Assembly: GCA_000175855.1 (NCBI GenBank)
Contig: ACYB01000002.1
Location: 1 to 27,888 of the forward strand
DNA: 27,888 nucleotides
DNA from: Raphidiopsis brookii D9
GTDB taxonomy: Bacteria; Cyanobacteriota; Cyanobacteriia; Cyanobacteriales; Nostocaceae
Reading direction: 5' to 3'
Shown: in pieces, positions 9,923 to 20,832 of the stretch
How the letters are laid out: each line of letters starts with the position of its first letter
How positions within the stretch are numbered: position 1 is the stretch's first letter
Made by a program: the position numbers and the translations under genes
The notes under the pieces: generated by a model
Told to the model about the DNA's origin: nothing
What the model saw: the letters and a program-made list of their open reading frames with translations, nothing else
The model's database searches: none

Positions 9923-10875
9923 ATGGTAAGTAAAAAACCCAAACCTCGGAAAAAAAACTCTTCCCAAAATCCAAATAGAGATTGGCACCGCCTTCTAGGA
10001 ATGTTTATAACCGTCCACTTCTATGGTAGCCCTTATGAGGTGGAAGTAGAAAAGGATCTAACCATCAGAAAACAACTGCTAGACATCATAATCATTAAGA
10101 GATATAAAGACAGCGGATTCAATCTGTATCCAGCAGGTTTAGAAAACATGTCTAAACACAACCTAATCAGCTATAAGTCCATCCATGAATCATTCACGGT
10201 TTGGTCACTAATGGAACTAATAGGACACTATGTCAATTATCGGAAGCAAACAAGTAAATCTTTGTCGAATCTGCTACCAGAGGAGGACTACAAACTTTAT
10301 GGATTAACAACCCACGAACCGACCCAATTAATGGGGAAATTAAAATGGAAAGGTGTCAGTCAAGGGGTTTATGATATAGAATGTGTTGGTATGAACGTTA
10401 GACTGATAGTGCTTTCTAAATACCTAAAAGTGCCAATAATGAGTTGTGGAGACTGTTTAGTGCAAAAGCAGAAGTGGTAGAAGAAGCGATTAGCCATTAT
10501 CAAGAAATTTACCTCAATAGCGAGCATAGCGTGTTAATGCAGCAACTATATGAGTTTTACTTAAAGGAGAAACTACCAATGACATATACATTAGAGCAAT
10601 TTAAAAAAGATTTTGTAATAAATCACTTGAGAGATATACCGACTGAAGAGGTGTTAAAGCAATATTCTCCGGAAGAGATCAAGCAATATTCTCCAAAAGA
10701 TTTGTTAAAGCAATATTCTCCAGAAGAAGTGTTAAAGCAATATTCTCCAAAAGAGGTGTTAAAGCAATATTCTCTTCAGGACCTCTTAGAAGGACTTTCA
10801 CCAGAGACTCTGGAGCGCTTGGCAATTATTCTGTCTCAATTGGGTGTCAACCAAATAAAAAATCAGGAGCAATGA
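9923..10875 (+). CDS. Hypothetical protein of the same PD-(D/E)XK-like family, copy 2, full length but frameshifted (ORFs 9923..10480 and 10444..10875)
   Basis: Copy 1 reads ctttccAAAAtaccc, copy 2 reads ctttctAAAtacc at 10418-10420: one A missing, restoring it joins the ORFs. Confidence 0.75.
10645..10776 (+). repeat. 5 copies of a 27-bp repeat (one copy 24 bp) encoding EEVLKQYSP
   Basis: EEVLKQYSP-EEIKQYSP-KDLLKQYSP-EEVLKQYSP-KEVLKQYSL at 10645, 10672, 10696, 10723 and 10750. Confidence 0.9.
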
Positions 10876-11082
10876 TATTGGAATGTTAAGATTTTTTTAA
10901 TCTCTCTTATAAGCTTTTCGGTGTTTAGATAGATGGTTTTTTGCTGGCATAATTCACCGGGCGATCGCTTAATTACTTAATTCTCTACGTATTAAATTTA
11001 ACAGGGGTTAAAAGGGCGATCGCCAGTCACAAGAACCATGATAAAATCCTCAAAGGATTGAACTAATACTCCGGAGTCAGTA

Positions 11083-12498
11083 GTGTTAAGCATCGAAGAA
11101 ATTATTGAAATTGCAGATACACAAGTATTTGAACACCAGGGACAACATCTCAATGATTTACAACGAGTTATCCTCGAGGGAACACTCAACGGTAAGTCCC
11201 ACCTGGATATTGCTCAAGAACAAAACTTGACAGAGGAATATATTAAAGATAGTGCAAATAAATTGTGGCATTATTTGACTCAGTCGATCGGAGAAAAACT
11301 TAACAAGTTTAATATCAGAACAAATTTGGGTAGGTATACTTTTTCGTCAACTAATATTTTGACCATCAACAGTGGTAATGTTTTTCAGAAATCTATGGGG
11401 GATGGTTTTTCGTCAACTAATATTTTGACTATCAATAGTGGTAGAGTTTTTCAAGAATCTCTACCGTCAAAAAAAACCGACCAAATTGAAGATAAAAAAG
11501 ATAGTGTTATCCCTCGCCAAGATTTAACAGAAGCACCTGAGATAGAAGATTTTTATGGAAGGGAAGAGGAATTATCTTTACTGCAAACAAAGATTCTGGA
11601 ACAAAAATGCAGTTTAATTGTCCTGCTGGGAATTAGGGGTATTGGTAAGACTGCTCTAGCTTTGGAACTGATGAACAAAATTAAAGAGAATTTTGACTGG
11701 CTTATTTATAAAAGTCTCTATTCCCAACCTATACTGACAGAATTGATTACAGAAATAATAGGGTTTAACGATGACATTACCGAGAATAATTCCACTTATG
11801 AACTTTCCGATCTAAAAAAATCTTTGGCACAAGAAAGATATTTAATTATCCTGGATGATATTAACTGTGTTTTTAAAAATCAACAATTATCCGGTCAATA
11901 TCAACAGGAATATGAACCATACAGTAATTTATTTAAACTATTATTTAGTGTCAAAAACCAAAGTTGCGTCATTCTTATTAGCAGTGAAAAGATTCCTGAA
12001 TTGTCCGTGTTGACTAATAATAATTATCAGAATGTTTTCCCCTGGGAGTTATCAGGGTTAGGTACTGATGCTGTCAATTTGCTCAAAAAGTATCAACTTA
12101 AATGTCCACAAACATATCAGACATTAATTGATATATATGAAGGTAATCCGCGTTACTTACAAATTATCGGACATCTAATTCAAGATTTATTTGCAGGTGA
12201 CATTAATAAATTTCTGCAACTACAACAACCTTCTATAGATATTGATCTAATGGCATTTTTACGACAAACTTTAGACGGTTTGTCATTATTAGAAACAGAA
12301 ATATTGAAATTCATCGCTAGTCAATCTGGTTCCATACCACTGACTGATATAGAAAATCACTATTATTTTCACCAGGACGTGGTCAATAGCATTCAATCTC
12401 TAAAAAGACGTTATCTTCTTTCTACCCAATTAGTAAATGAACAGGTAATCTTAGAAATTTCACCTGTCATCAAAAAATTCTTGTCACCAGAGAATTGA
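11083..12498 (+). CDS. NB-ARC/STAND ATPase with N-terminal HTH-like (vWA-MoxR-associated type) domain; no WD40 or TPR sensor evident
   Basis: N-terminus LSIEEIIEIADTQVFEHQGQHLNDLQRVILEGTLNGKSHLDIAQEQNLTEEYIKDSANKLWHYL; FYGREEELSLLQ; P-loop GIRGIGKTAL; Walker B YLIILDDI; GNPRYLQIIG (GxP-like). Confidence 0.85.
   Translation: MLSIEEIIEIADTQVFEHQGQHLNDLQRVILEGTLNGKSHLDIAQEQNLTEEYIKDSANKLWHYLTQSIGEKLNKFNIRTNLGRYTFSSTNILTINSGNVFQKSMGDGFSSTNILTINSGRVFQESLPSKKTDQIEDKKDSVIPRQDLTEAPEIEDFYGREEELSLLQTKILEQKCSLIVLLGIRGIGKTALALELMNKIKENFDWLIYKSLYSQPILTELITEIIGFNDDITENNSTYELSDLKKSLAQERYLIILDDINCVFKNQQLSGQYQQEYEPYSNLFKLLFSVKNQSCVILISSEKIPELSVLTNNNYQNVFPWELSGLGTDAVNLLKKYQLKCPQTYQTLIDIYEGNPRYLQIIGHLIQDLFAGDINKFLQLQQPSIDIDLMAFLRQTLDGLSLLETEILKFIASQSGSIPLTDIENHYYFHQDVVNSIQSLKRRYLLSTQLVNEQVILEISPVIKKFLSPEN
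11344..11454 (+). repeat. 66-bp-period in-frame duplication in the linker (SSTNILTINSGNVFQKS / SSTNILTINSGRVFQES)
   Basis: cgtcaactaatattttgac at 11345 and again at 11411. Confidence 0.8.
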
Positions 12499-12542
12499 TG
12501 GTTTTCTTTTGCTGATGATTAATCCAATTTGTATTGCAGCAA

Positions 12543-15311
12543 TTATAGATAGATTTCCGCTTTCAAGATAGTCCCATCCTCAGTTGGCAAAATCTCAAAA
12601 CCTAAGTTTTTACACACCTTCTGCATGGCTATATTTTCCGCCAGAATCTCCGCAAAAATCACGGATATTTTCTCATTCTTGGCTATTTCCATTAATCTTG
12701 TGAGAATTTCTGTACCTAACCCGTTGCGCTGGTAACCATCAGTGACCAACATAGCAAATTCCGCACTATTACTACCATGTAGTTTAGTTAATCTTCCTAC
12801 CGCTAAAATTTGCTTCTGTTGAGTATGTGGATCTTCCTGTTCAGCAATTAAGGCCATTTCTCGGTCATAATCAATAAAACAAATCCTAGTCAGTCTTTCA
12901 TGGGCAATTCTTTGACTTAGTTTGATCAGATGAAAATAACGAAAATAAATAGCTTCTTCCGATAATGTTTGGTGAAATTTAACCATCAATGGTTCATCTT
13001 CAGGACGAATAGGACGAATAATCACCTCCGTGCCATTTTTTAAGCTCCAATTAGCGACGTATTGATGGGGATAGGGACGAATGGCTAATTTAGGTAATTG
13101 CTCCTCTTGTACCTCAGCTGGATGTAATACTATTCTTCCATCTAATGCAATTAAACCACCTGGATGATCGGGTGTGGGGGGAATTGCTAATAAAGGATTA
13201 ATATCTATTTCTTTAATCCACGGTTGTTCTACTACCAAATGACTAAAGACTACTAACAGTTCCTCCAAAGCTTGCATATCAATACTTTGTCTACCCCTGA
13301 CCCCCCTTAAAGCTTGATAAATTTTAGTCTGCTCCATCATCCGACGTGCTAGGGTGGTATTTAGGGGTGGTAGAGCAATAGAACTATCTTGAAAGACTTC
13401 TACCAATTGTCCTCCAGTGCCAAATAATAATACTGGACCAAATTGGGGATCCAAGCTACTACCAATAATTAATTCATAGCCATTGGTTTTGACCATGGGT
13501 TGTACGGTTACACCTAAAAAATCCTCTGGTCTCGTTTTTTCTAAAACTGAGGTCTCTATAAAATGATAGGCTTTTTTTACTGATTCAGCATTTCTTAAAT
13601 TTAACTGAACTCCCCCCACATCTGTTTTATGGGTAATTGTATGGGAATACAATTTTAATACTACAGGATAGCCAATTTTTTCTGCCCATTCTACCGCTTC
13701 TTCCGGACTTTGGGCAATGCTTCCTCCTACTACTGGAATGCCATAAGCTGCTAAAATTTCCTTGGATTCAAATTCAGTTAAAATTGTTCTTCCCGCTTTC
13801 CTAGCTTCTGCAATCAGAGTTGTCACTAAACCACAATTGCGAGTATTACTATCACATTCCAAGGCGGGTAATACAGGAGTTTCATAAATCCCCTTTAAGT
13901 TATAACTATAACGCCACATATAACTAAATATCCTAGCAGCAGTATCAGGATAGGAATATGTAGGAATCCCCTCAAGGTTGAGAATTTTTTTCCCTTCTGC
14001 AATATCATCTCCACCCATCCAACTGGCTAAAATAGGTTTGCCCTGCATTTGAGAATAGGGCTTTAATTCCTGGGCAATCCTGGTGGGATCAGTCATAGCT
14101 TGAGGCGTCAAAATTACTAATAAACCATCACTATTGCTATCCTCACTGGCAATCTGTAAGGCTTTTGTATAACGTTGTGGATCCGCATCTCCCAAAATAT
14201 CTATGGGGTTATTATGACTCCATTGTGGAGGTAATATATGATTTAAATTTTCCATAGTTTGGGGAGAAATTACTGCTAATTCTCCTCCACTTTCTATCAA
14301 TGAGTCCGTCGCTAATACTCCCGGTCCACCCGCATTGGTCAGAATGGTTAATCTAGGACCTTGAGGACAAGGTTGTTTTGCTAATACTTCTGACATATCA
14401 AATAAATCAGAAATACTATTAACTCTTAATACTCCACATCTTTTAAATGCTGCATCCAAAACCGCATCACTTCCTGCTAATGACCCCGTATGGGAAGCTG
14501 CTGCTTTTGCTGCTGCTGCTGTACGACCTGCTTTAATTACTATAATTGGTTTGGTTAATGTTACTTCCCGTGCTGCTGATAAAAAAGAACGAGCATTACC
14601 AATTGATTCCATATAAATAACTATACTTTTAGTGTGGGGATCGTCTCCTAGATAATAAATTAAGTCTCCCCAACTAATATCCAACATTGAACCTAGGGAA
14701 ACAAAGGCGCTAAAACCTACATTTTCCTGTAAACTCCAGTCCAAAATTGATGTGCATAATGCACCACTTTGACTCAGGAAACCCACACTCCCTGGTTGGG
14801 CTATTTTACTAGCAAAGGTAGCGTTTAAACCAGAAATGGGGTTCATCATCCCTAAACAGTTTGGTCCAATAATTCTGATCTTTCCTCCCTGTGCTACAGA
14901 TAATATTTCTTTCTCTAAAGCAATTCCTTTTTCACCTGCTTCCTTAAAACCAGCAGAAATAATAATTGCTCCTTTGATTCCAACTTGCACACAGTCGGCA
15001 ATAATTTTTGGCACTGTGGGTGCAGGAGTAGCAATTACAGCTAGGTCAATTTTTTCCGAAATATCAAAAATTGTTGGATAGGCTTTTATACCCAGTACAC
15101 TATGACGATGGGGATTAATCGGGAAAACTGTACCATTGAAGGGATTGGTAATTAAATTCCATAGCAAAGTTCGACCCACACTCCCAGGTTTTTCACTTGC
15201 ACCAATAACTGCTACGGTTTGAGGTGCAAAAATCCTGTCTAGTGCACTAGTTTTTTCAGTACGCAATATATCAGATGCTTTATCTAATCTCAAGGGGATA
15301 GATGCTTCCAT
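12543..15311 (-). CDS. ADP-forming acetate/acyl-CoA ligase fused to a C-terminal GNAT acetyltransferase
   Basis: [26 protein letters not shown] (CoA-binding), ATP-grasp region, GNAT motif [28 protein letters not shown] at 15311 has AGGAG upstream; the ORF track start at 15542 includes an unrelated upstream domain. Confidence 0.88.
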   Translation of the reverse strand: MEASIPLRLDKASDILRTEKTSALDRIFAPQTVAVIGASEKPGSVGRTLLWNLITNPFNGTVFPINPHRHSVLGIKAYPTIFDISEKIDLAVIATPAPTVPKIIADCVQVGIKGAIIISAGFKEAGEKGIALEKEILSVAQGGKIRIIGPNCLGMMNPISGLNATFASKIAQPGSVGFLSQSGALCTSILDWSLQENVGFSAFVSLGSMLDISWGDLIYYLGDDPHTKSIVIYMESIGNARSFLSAAREVTLTKPIIVIKAGRTAAAAKAAASHTGSLAGSDAVLDAAFKRCGVLRVNSISDLFDMSEVLAKQPCPQGPRLTILTNAGGPGVLATDSLIESGGELAVISPQTMENLNHILPPQWSHNNPIDILGDADPQRYTKALQIASEDSNSDGLLVILTPQAMTDPTRIAQELKPYSQMQGKPILASWMGGDDIAEGKKILNLEGIPTYSYPDTAARIFSYMWRYSYNLKGIYETPVLPALECDSNTRNCGLVTTLIAEARKAGRTILTEFESKEILAAYGIPVVGGSIAQSPEEAVEWAEKIGYPVVLKLYSHTITHKTDVGGVQLNLRNAESVKKAYHFIETSVLEKTRPEDFLGVTVQPMVKTNGYELIIGSSLDPQFGPVLLFGTGGQLVEVFQDSSIALPPLNTTLARRMMEQTKIYQALRGVRGRQSIDMQALEELLVVFSHLVVEQPWIKEIDINPLLAIPPTPDHPGGLIALDGRIVLHPAEVQEEQLPKLAIRPYPHQYVANWSLKNGTEVIIRPIRPEDEPLMVKFHQTLSEEAIYFRYFHLIKLSQRIAHERLTRICFIDYDREMALIAEQEDPHTQQKQILAVGRLTKLHGSNSAEFAMLVTDGYQRNGLGTEILTRLMEIAKNEKISVIFAEILAENIAMQKVCKNLGFEILPTEDGTILKAEIYL

Positions 15312-15751
15312 GACTGCTCCTTTTAGTTTTTGACTGATTTTATTGAGGGCCATACCTATGGATTTTTTTCCCAGGGGTGAAATAGGGTCACCCAATTGAA
15401 ATTTTTCCCCTGGGACTATGACTAACCACGCGGAAGGAGAATTACCATAGAGAAATTGAGATAAAGTTAGTAGAGATTGTGGATCACTGCTATGGGTGTG
15501 ACTGGAATTCAGTGGTAATGGCAATAGTAATTGTACTTGCACCTGATTATATAGGAATTAATACAAGTGTCTACAAAAATTGCTAATCGAGAATTGGCTA
15601 TGGGTTCAGCTAGTTCGGGTGTTAACTGGTGAACTGCAAGTGATTGGACGCATGGTAAACGCCACCTTTGTATCACTTTAGCTATTAGTGGTCCTATTCC
15701 GTCATCACCAAATAATTCATTACCATAACCAATGACTATTGCAGTTCCCAT
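15312..15751 (-). CDS. Hydrogenase maturation protease, frameshifted; C-terminal half lies in frame with the downstream ligase ORF
   Basis: N-terminal half [30 protein letters not shown]...[27 protein letters not shown]; C-terminal half [66 protein letters not shown] in the adjacent frame. Confidence 0.8.
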
Positions 15752-15785
15752 AGTTTTTACCTTTTTTGATTAGAGTTGTTGCAGG

Positions 15786-18071
15786 TTAAATGCTTTTGTG
15801 GAAAGTCCGTTGAATCACATCTAATTGCTGTTCGCGAGTTAACTTAATGAAATTCACAGCATATCCGGAAACACGAATTGTCAGTTGAGGATATTTTTCT
15901 GGATGTTCCATAGCATCAACAAGTATATCTTGGTCTAGAACATTTACATTGATATGATGACCACCATTATAGAAGTAAGCATCCAACATTCCGCGCAGAT
16001 TATTAATTTTGTCTTGGGAATTTTTACCTAAAGCATTGGGAACAATAGAAAAAGTGTAGGAAATTCCATCTTGAGCATGTTCATAAGGAAGTTTGGCTAC
16101 CGATTCTAAAGATGCGATCGCTCCTTTTGTATCTCTACCATGTAGAGGATTTGCTCCGGGAGCAAAGGGTTCTCCAGCTTTTCTCCCATCGGGGGTGTTA
16201 CCGGTAATTTTGCCATAAACCACATTGGAGGTAATTGTTAAAATTGATTGGGTTGGTACTGCTTGACGATAGGTTTTTTGTTGACGCAGTTTATCCATAA
16301 AACTCTGAACAAGATTGACAGCTATTTGGTCAACTTGATGGTCATTATTACCAAACTGAGGATAATCCCCCTCAATTTCATAATCTATAGCTAACCCTTT
16401 GTCATCTCGAATTACCTTGACTTTGGCATATTTAATTGCTGAAAGGGAATCTACTACTACGGATAAGCCAGCAATTCCACAAGCCAAGGTTCGATAAACA
16501 TCACAATCATGTAACGCCATTTCTAAACGTTCATAACAGTATTTATCGTGCATATAATGAATCACGTTCAGGGTATTTACATATAATCTGGCCAACCAGT
16601 TCATAATTTTGTCAAACTTATCTACTACTTCCGAGTAATCTAAATATTCTGAAGTAATGGCATCAAAACCTGCAACGACTAACTGCCCAGTTTTTTCATC
16701 TTTACCACCATTAATAGCATATAACAAAGCCTTGGCTAGGTTGGCACGGGCTCCAAAAAATTGCATTTGTTTACCAATTTTCATGGCAGAAACACAACAA
16801 GCAATGCCATAATCATCCCCATATTCTGGGCGCATTAGATCATCATTTTCGTATTGAATGGAACTGCTATTAATAGATACCTTGGTGCAAAAATGTTTAA
16901 AGTTAATCGGCAAATTCTGTGACCACAAAATAGTTAAATTTGGTTCTGGTGCAGTCCCTAAATTATATAAAGTGTGGAGAAATCGGAAACTACTTTTTGT
17001 CACCAAAGTCCTACCATCTTCACTCATTCCGCCAATACATTCTGTTACCCAGGTGGGATCACCGGAGAATAATTGATTATATTCGGGCGCTCTTAAAAAC
17101 CTTACCATCCGGAGTTTAATCACAAAATGATCGATGATTTCCTGAACTTGAGATTCTGTCAAGATGCCATTTTTTAAATCGCGCTGAAAGTAGATATCTA
17201 GAAATGTAGAAACTCTACCCAAAGACATAGCTGCACCATTTTGTTCTTTAACAGCACCCAAATAACCAAAGTATGTCCACTGTACAGCTTCCTTGGCAGT
17301 AGCAGCAGGCAAACTAATATCAAAGCCGTAGTTAGCAGCCATGATTTTAAGTTCTGTTAATGCTCGAATTTGCTCAACAAGTTCCTCATGTAGTCTAATT
17401 GTAGACTCCAGCATATCATTTGACTCTAATGAGGCCAACTGTTCTTTCTTATCCAGAATTAACCGATCAACTCCATACAATGCTACCCGACGATAATCAC
17501 CAATAATTCTTCCTCTTCCATAAGCATCTGGCAATCCAGTAATAATCCCAGAGTGTCTAGCCAATTTCATTTCTTGGGTGTAACCGTCAAAAACACCATC
17601 ATTATGGGTTTTACGATATTTTGTGAATGTTTCTTCCGTTTGAGCTTCCAGGTGATAACCATAGGATTGTAAGGAGTTTTTACTACCCGAATACCACCAA
17701 AAGGCATAATTGCTCGTTTTAGGGGTTTTTTCGGTTTGTAACCCCACAATCTGCTCTAGATCGGAATCAATATAACCGGGAGCATGGGAAACAATATTTG
17801 ATGGCACTTTAGTATCAGCATCTAAAATTCCTTTTTCCCGCTCTAATTTCATCAAATCACAGACCATAGTCCATAATTTCTGAGTGCGTTCAGTTGGACC
17901 AGCTAAAAAGCTATCATCTCCTGTATAGGGTTGATAATTGCCTTGAATAAAATCCCGGACATTAATTTGTTCATTCCATTTACCACCACAAAAACCTTGC
18001 CACTGTGGATGTAAATTACTATCAGATATACCAGATATATTTTGGGTTGAATGTTCTACATTTGCTATCAT
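15786..18071 (-). CDS. pflB: Formate C-acetyltransferase (pyruvate formate-lyase)
   Basis: [32 protein letters not shown] active-site region and C-terminal glycyl-radical motif RVSGYAVNF. Start moved from 18089 to ATG at 18071 because GGAG lies just upstream (ttggagataattATGATAGC). Confidence 0.97.
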   Translation of the reverse strand: MIANVEHSTQNISGISDSNLHPQWQGFCGGKWNEQINVRDFIQGNYQPYTGDDSFLAGPTERTQKLWTMVCDLMKLEREKGILDADTKVPSNIVSHAPGYIDSDLEQIVGLQTEKTPKTSNYAFWWYSGSKNSLQSYGYHLEAQTEETFTKYRKTHNDGVFDGYTQEMKLARHSGIITGLPDAYGRGRIIGDYRRVALYGVDRLILDKKEQLASLESNDMLESTIRLHEELVEQIRALTELKIMAANYGFDISLPAATAKEAVQWTYFGYLGAVKEQNGAAMSLGRVSTFLDIYFQRDLKNGILTESQVQEIIDHFVIKLRMVRFLRAPEYNQLFSGDPTWVTECIGGMSEDGRTLVTKSSFRFLHTLYNLGTAPEPNLTILWSQNLPINFKHFCTKVSINSSSIQYENDDLMRPEYGDDYGIACCVSAMKIGKQMQFFGARANLAKALLYAINGGKDEKTGQLVVAGFDAITSEYLDYSEVVDKFDKIMNWLARLYVNTLNVIHYMHDKYCYERLEMALHDCDVYRTLACGIAGLSVVVDSLSAIKYAKVKVIRDDKGLAIDYEIEGDYPQFGNNDHQVDQIAVNLVQSFMDKLRQQKTYRQAVPTQSILTITSNVVYGKITGNTPDGRKAGEPFAPGANPLHGRDTKGAIASLESVAKLPYEHAQDGISYTFSIVPNALGKNSQDKINNLRGMLDAYFYNGGHHINVNVLDQDILVDAMEHPEKYPQLTIRVSGYAVNFIKLTREQQLDVIQRTFHKSI

Positions 18072-18129
18072 AATTATCTCCAATGTCATCTAATTCAATT
18101 CTCACATATCCCCCATTTCCCTTCCTTGT

Positions 18130-20748
18130 TTATTGACCCAAATTTCCCCAATAGGCTTTGATATACAAATCTTGTAAATCACTAATCAGTGGATAACGGG
18201 GATTAGCACCTGTACATTGATCATCAAATGCTTGCTCAGCCATTGTTTCTAATTTCTCGTGGAAAGTTTTTTCATCGGTTTTAATGACATCCTTAATAGT
18301 TTGTGGAATCTCCACATCCTGTTTCAGTTTTTCCACAGCAGCAATTAACAGATCTACTTTCTCATCTTCCGTACCACCTCCCAAATGTAAGTGGTCTGCA
18401 ATTTTGGCATAGCGCCACTTGGCATTTGGATATTCATATTGGGGAAAAATAGCCTGCTTAAAAGGCGCATCGGTTGCGTTGTAACGAATCACATGGGAAA
18501 TCATCAAAGCATTAGCTAACCCATGAGGGACATGGAAAGTAGCTCCTAGTTGATGAGCCAGGGAGTGACATATACCCAAGAAAGCATTTGCAAATGCCAT
18601 GCCTGCGATCGTAGCTGCATAATGAACCTTTTCTCTAGCTTTAGTATCTTTACTTCCATTTTTATAGGCAGATGGTAAGTATTTAAACAGTAGTCGAATT
18701 GCCTCTAAAGCTAATCCCTTAGTATATTCAGAAGCGCAGATAGAAACGTAGGATTCAAGGGCATGAGTTAGCGCGTCAATTCCACCATAAGCTGTTAGCG
18801 ATTTAGGCATATTTAGCACTAATTCAGGATCTACAATTGCCATATTAGGAGTTAGTGCATAATCAGCTAAAGGATATTTGATCCCCGTCCGATCATCTGT
18901 CACCACTGCAAACGGTGTCACTTCTGAACCGGTTCCTGATGTGGTGGGAATAGCGACAAATATAGCTTTTTGTCCCAAGCTGGGTAGTTCGTATACTCGT
19001 TTGCGAATGTCCATAAACCGCATCGCTAACCCATCAAATTCTGTTTCTGGATGTTCATACATTAACCAGATCACCTTAGCTGCATCCATTGGGGAACCAC
19101 CACCAATTGCAATAATTACATCTGGTTGAAAACCATTAGTTTGAGCTAGTCCTTTATGAATTGTAGTTAAAGATGGATCAGGTTCCACATCATAAAACAC
19201 CTGGGTTTTAACGCCAATTTCCTCCAGTACACTGGTGACTTTAGTTGTGATTCCCAATTCAAATAATGGTTGATCTGTAATAATCAAAGCCCGACTTTTC
19301 CCTATTAAGTCCCCTAATGCAACTGGTAAACAGCCATATTTGAAATATACTTTTGGGGGAACCCGAAACCATAACATATTCTCCCGTCTTTCCGTTACGG
19401 TTTTGATGTTGATCAGGTGACGAGGACCCACATTATCACTGACAGAATTGTTTCCCCAACTACCACAGCCCAAAGTAAGAGACGGGTCAAGACGAAAGTT
19501 ATATAAATCACCAATTGCGCCCTGAGATGAAGGTGTATTAACTAATACTCGACTAGTGCGCAGGGTATTTTCAAATTCTGTAATTCTATCTCGTCTTTCT
19601 GGTGCTGTATAAAGGACAGAGGTGTGTCCCAGTCCAGCAAACTCAATTAATTTTTCAGCTATAGTTACAGCTTCCAGAAAATTTTTGGCTCGGTACATAG
19701 CTAAAATGGGAGAAAGTTTCTCATAAGATAATGGTTCCTGGGTGCCCACTTGATCTACTTCTGCAATTAGAACCTTAGCTTCTTTAGCTGTATCTAATCC
19801 AGACATTTGAGCCAATTTGGCTACAGATTGACCAACTATTTCTGGATTTAAGCGACCATTAATCAAAATTAAATCTCTAATCTTTTGCTTTTCTAGGTCA
19901 TTTAAGAAGTAAGCACCACGGCTGAAAAATTCTTGTCGCACATCTTCGTAAACATCATCTAAAACTATTACGGATTGCTCACTAGCACAAATCATGCCAT
20001 TGTCAAAAGTTTTGCTAATCAAAATTGAAGATACTGCCATTTTAATATGGGCAGTTTCATCAATTACCGCTGGGGTATTGCCCGAACCCACACCCAAGGA
20101 AGCATGACCTGAAGAATAAGCTGCACGCACCATTGCAGGTCCACCAGTGGCCAGAATTAAATTTATCTGGGGATGCTGCATTAGCTGCTGTGATAATGCT
20201 ACTGTTGGTTCATCAATCCACCCAATAATTCCTGCAGGAGCTCCAGCTGCTACCGCAGCATCCAGAACTATTTTGGCAGCTTCAATTGTGCATTTTTTGG
20301 CACGGGGATGGGGTGAAAAGATGATTCCATTACGGGTTTTAACAGCCAGCAAGGCTTTAAAAATAGCGGTTGAGGTGGGGTTGGTAGTGGGCACAATCCC
20401 TGCCAATATGCCCACAGGTTCGGCAATTCGCTGAATTCCAAACTGTTTATCATCTTCGATAATGCCACAGGTTTTTTCGTTTTTGTATTTGTTGTAGATA
20501 TATTCGGAGGCAAAGTGGTTCTTAATTACTTTATCTTCTACAACCCCCATTCCTGTCTCTTCTACTGCCATTTTAGCCAGGGGTATCCTCCCTGCATTAG
20601 CTGCACGAGCAGCTTGTTTAAAAATGTGATCTACCTGTTCTTGGCTATATTCAGCATATTTGACTTGAGCTGCTTTAACCTCTTGAATGAGAATTTGTAG
20701 ATCTTCTGAGGTTTTGACGGGGTTTGTAGTTTTTTGGGTTGTATACAT
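18130..20748 (-). CDS. adhE: Bifunctional acetaldehyde-CoA/alcohol dehydrogenase
   Basis: Aldehyde dehydrogenase domain with GMICASEQSVIV; iron-dependent ADH domain with IAIGGGSPMDAAKVIW, PTTSGTGSEVTPFAVVTD and GICHSLAHQLGATFHVPHGLANA. Confidence 0.97.
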   Translation of the reverse strand: MYTTQKTTNPVKTSEDLQILIQEVKAAQVKYAEYSQEQVDHIFKQAARAANAGRIPLAKMAVEETGMGVVEDKVIKNHFASEYIYNKYKNEKTCGIIEDDKQFGIQRIAEPVGILAGIVPTTNPTSTAIFKALLAVKTRNGIIFSPHPRAKKCTIEAAKIVLDAAVAAGAPAGIIGWIDEPTVALSQQLMQHPQINLILATGGPAMVRAAYSSGHASLGVGSGNTPAVIDETAHIKMAVSSILISKTFDNGMICASEQSVIVLDDVYEDVRQEFFSRGAYFLNDLEKQKIRDLILINGRLNPEIVGQSVAKLAQMSGLDTAKEAKVLIAEVDQVGTQEPLSYEKLSPILAMYRAKNFLEAVTIAEKLIEFAGLGHTSVLYTAPERRDRITEFENTLRTSRVLVNTPSSQGAIGDLYNFRLDPSLTLGCGSWGNNSVSDNVGPRHLINIKTVTERRENMLWFRVPPKVYFKYGCLPVALGDLIGKSRALIITDQPLFELGITTKVTSVLEEIGVKTQVFYDVEPDPSLTTIHKGLAQTNGFQPDVIIAIGGGSPMDAAKVIWLMYEHPETEFDGLAMRFMDIRKRVYELPSLGQKAIFVAIPTTSGTGSEVTPFAVVTDDRTGIKYPLADYALTPNMAIVDPELVLNMPKSLTAYGGIDALTHALESYVSICASEYTKGLALEAIRLLFKYLPSAYKNGSKDTKAREKVHYAATIAGMAFANAFLGICHSLAHQLGATFHVPHGLANALMISHVIRYNATDAPFKQAIFPQYEYPNAKWRYAKIADHLHLGGGTEDEKVDLLIAAVEKLKQDVEIPQTIKDVIKTDEKTFHEKLETMAEQAFDDQCTGANPRYPLISDLQDLYIKAYWGNLGQ

Positions 20749-20832
20749 GTTGGTAAGTTTAGTAAATTTATGAGCTATAATTTATGAGCTATATAGGTTG
20801 TCATTTCCTTGATTGGTTTTTAAAAATCTAAT

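Larger units (their letters stand above)
9766..10985 (+). repeat. Right unit of a large tandem duplication (partner 8709..9650)
   Basis: See partner unit; retains the gene A stop, the intergenic region and the gene B start. Confidence 0.85.

Noticed and set aside
8500-11080. CRISPR array as an explanation for short repeats next to the methylase
   Set aside because: The repeats are contiguous 27-bp coding units without spacers and preserve the frame.
10998-11189. 63-aa ORF antisense to the NB-ARC 5' end
   Set aside because: Overlaps the better supported HTH-NB-ARC start; no motif.
5191-12498. Calling the region an intact DISARM, BREX or complete type ISP restriction system
   Set aside because: No helicase, DUF1998, phospholipase-like, PglZ or BrxC-like partner is present, and the methylase lacks a visible helicase/nuclease part.
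14836-20700. Antisense ORFs 14836..15081, 16858..17076, 17567..17749, 18878..19129, 20147..20434 and 20515..20700, plus same-strand alternative-frame ORF 20268..20513
   Set aside because: All lie within strongly supported ligase, pflB or adhE coding sequence and look like out-of-frame by-products.
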